The notes under the pieces: model-generated | Told to the model about the DNA's origin: nothing | Database searches by the model: none | What the model saw: only the letters and a program-made list of their open reading frames with translations | NCBI RefSeq assembly: GCF_000970045.1 | Contig: NZ_CP009505.1 | Location: 2,782,808 to 2,814,807 of the forward strand | Source of the DNA: Methanosarcina sp. MTP4 | GTDB taxonomy: Archaea; Halobacteriota; Methanosarcinia; Methanosarcinales; Methanosarcinaceae | Direction: 5' to 3' | DNA length: 32,000 nt | Part shown: positions 31,888 to 32,000 of the stretch, in pieces | How positions within the stretch are numbered: position 1 is the stretch's first letter | Layout of the letters: every line of letters begins with the position of its first letter | Program-made: the position numbers and the translations under genes

Positions 31888-32000
31888 GTTATTAATGTAA
31901 GTGTTAATATTTATGTTCGGGACTATAATCAATTTTACATTTTTTAATTCATCTTACTTTTTGGTTGTTCATTAAATGACAGATCCTGAACCAGGTCCCC

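Overview
AT-rich, archaeal-looking sequence (Methanosarcinales-like; this is inference from the repeat family and gene content). It is dominated by a complete subtype I-B CRISPR-Cas locus. A divergent csa3-like CARF/wHTH regulator (2351-2953, -) faces cas8b-cas7-cas5-cas3-cas6-cas1-cas2-cas4 (3178-11779, +). A 126-bp leader follows, then a 76-repeat/75-spacer array (11906-17410) with the 37-nt repeat GTCCGTGAGCAAAATCCACTAAAACAAGGATTGAAAC. Left of the cas genes lie a truncated Cry/delta-endotoxin-like gene start, a DUF2267 gene and a bacterial-type RNase III gene. A 100-bp element with a perfect 17-bp inverted repeat separates the RNase III gene from csa3. The most unusual part is the 13 kb right of the main array. 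The same repeat, always in + orientation, recurs in every intergenic gap, as two mini-arrays (21118-21375, 22233-22492) and at least four solitary or decayed copies (19334, 28712, 29835, 30435; possibly 19056). It brackets single-gene blocks: an AAA/DUF4143 ATPase, a secreted lipoprotein, a 64-aa ORF, a 1947-aa TSP3/NHL surface protein, a UbiA prenyltransferase and small membrane proteins. The terminal degenerate repeat plus its flank is present three times, which points to segmental duplication and deletion. Other notable items are a GC-rich nested-helix element (29692-29830) abutting a diverged repeat, cas2 without a canonical start codon, a candidate internal start for Cas11 inside cas8b, an in-frame (EK)n microsatellite in cas7, duplicated repeat-spacer units, and an A-rich 15-17-nt tandem repeat upstream of the last gene. 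All calls come from reading the sequence and remembered family motifs; no database search was possible.
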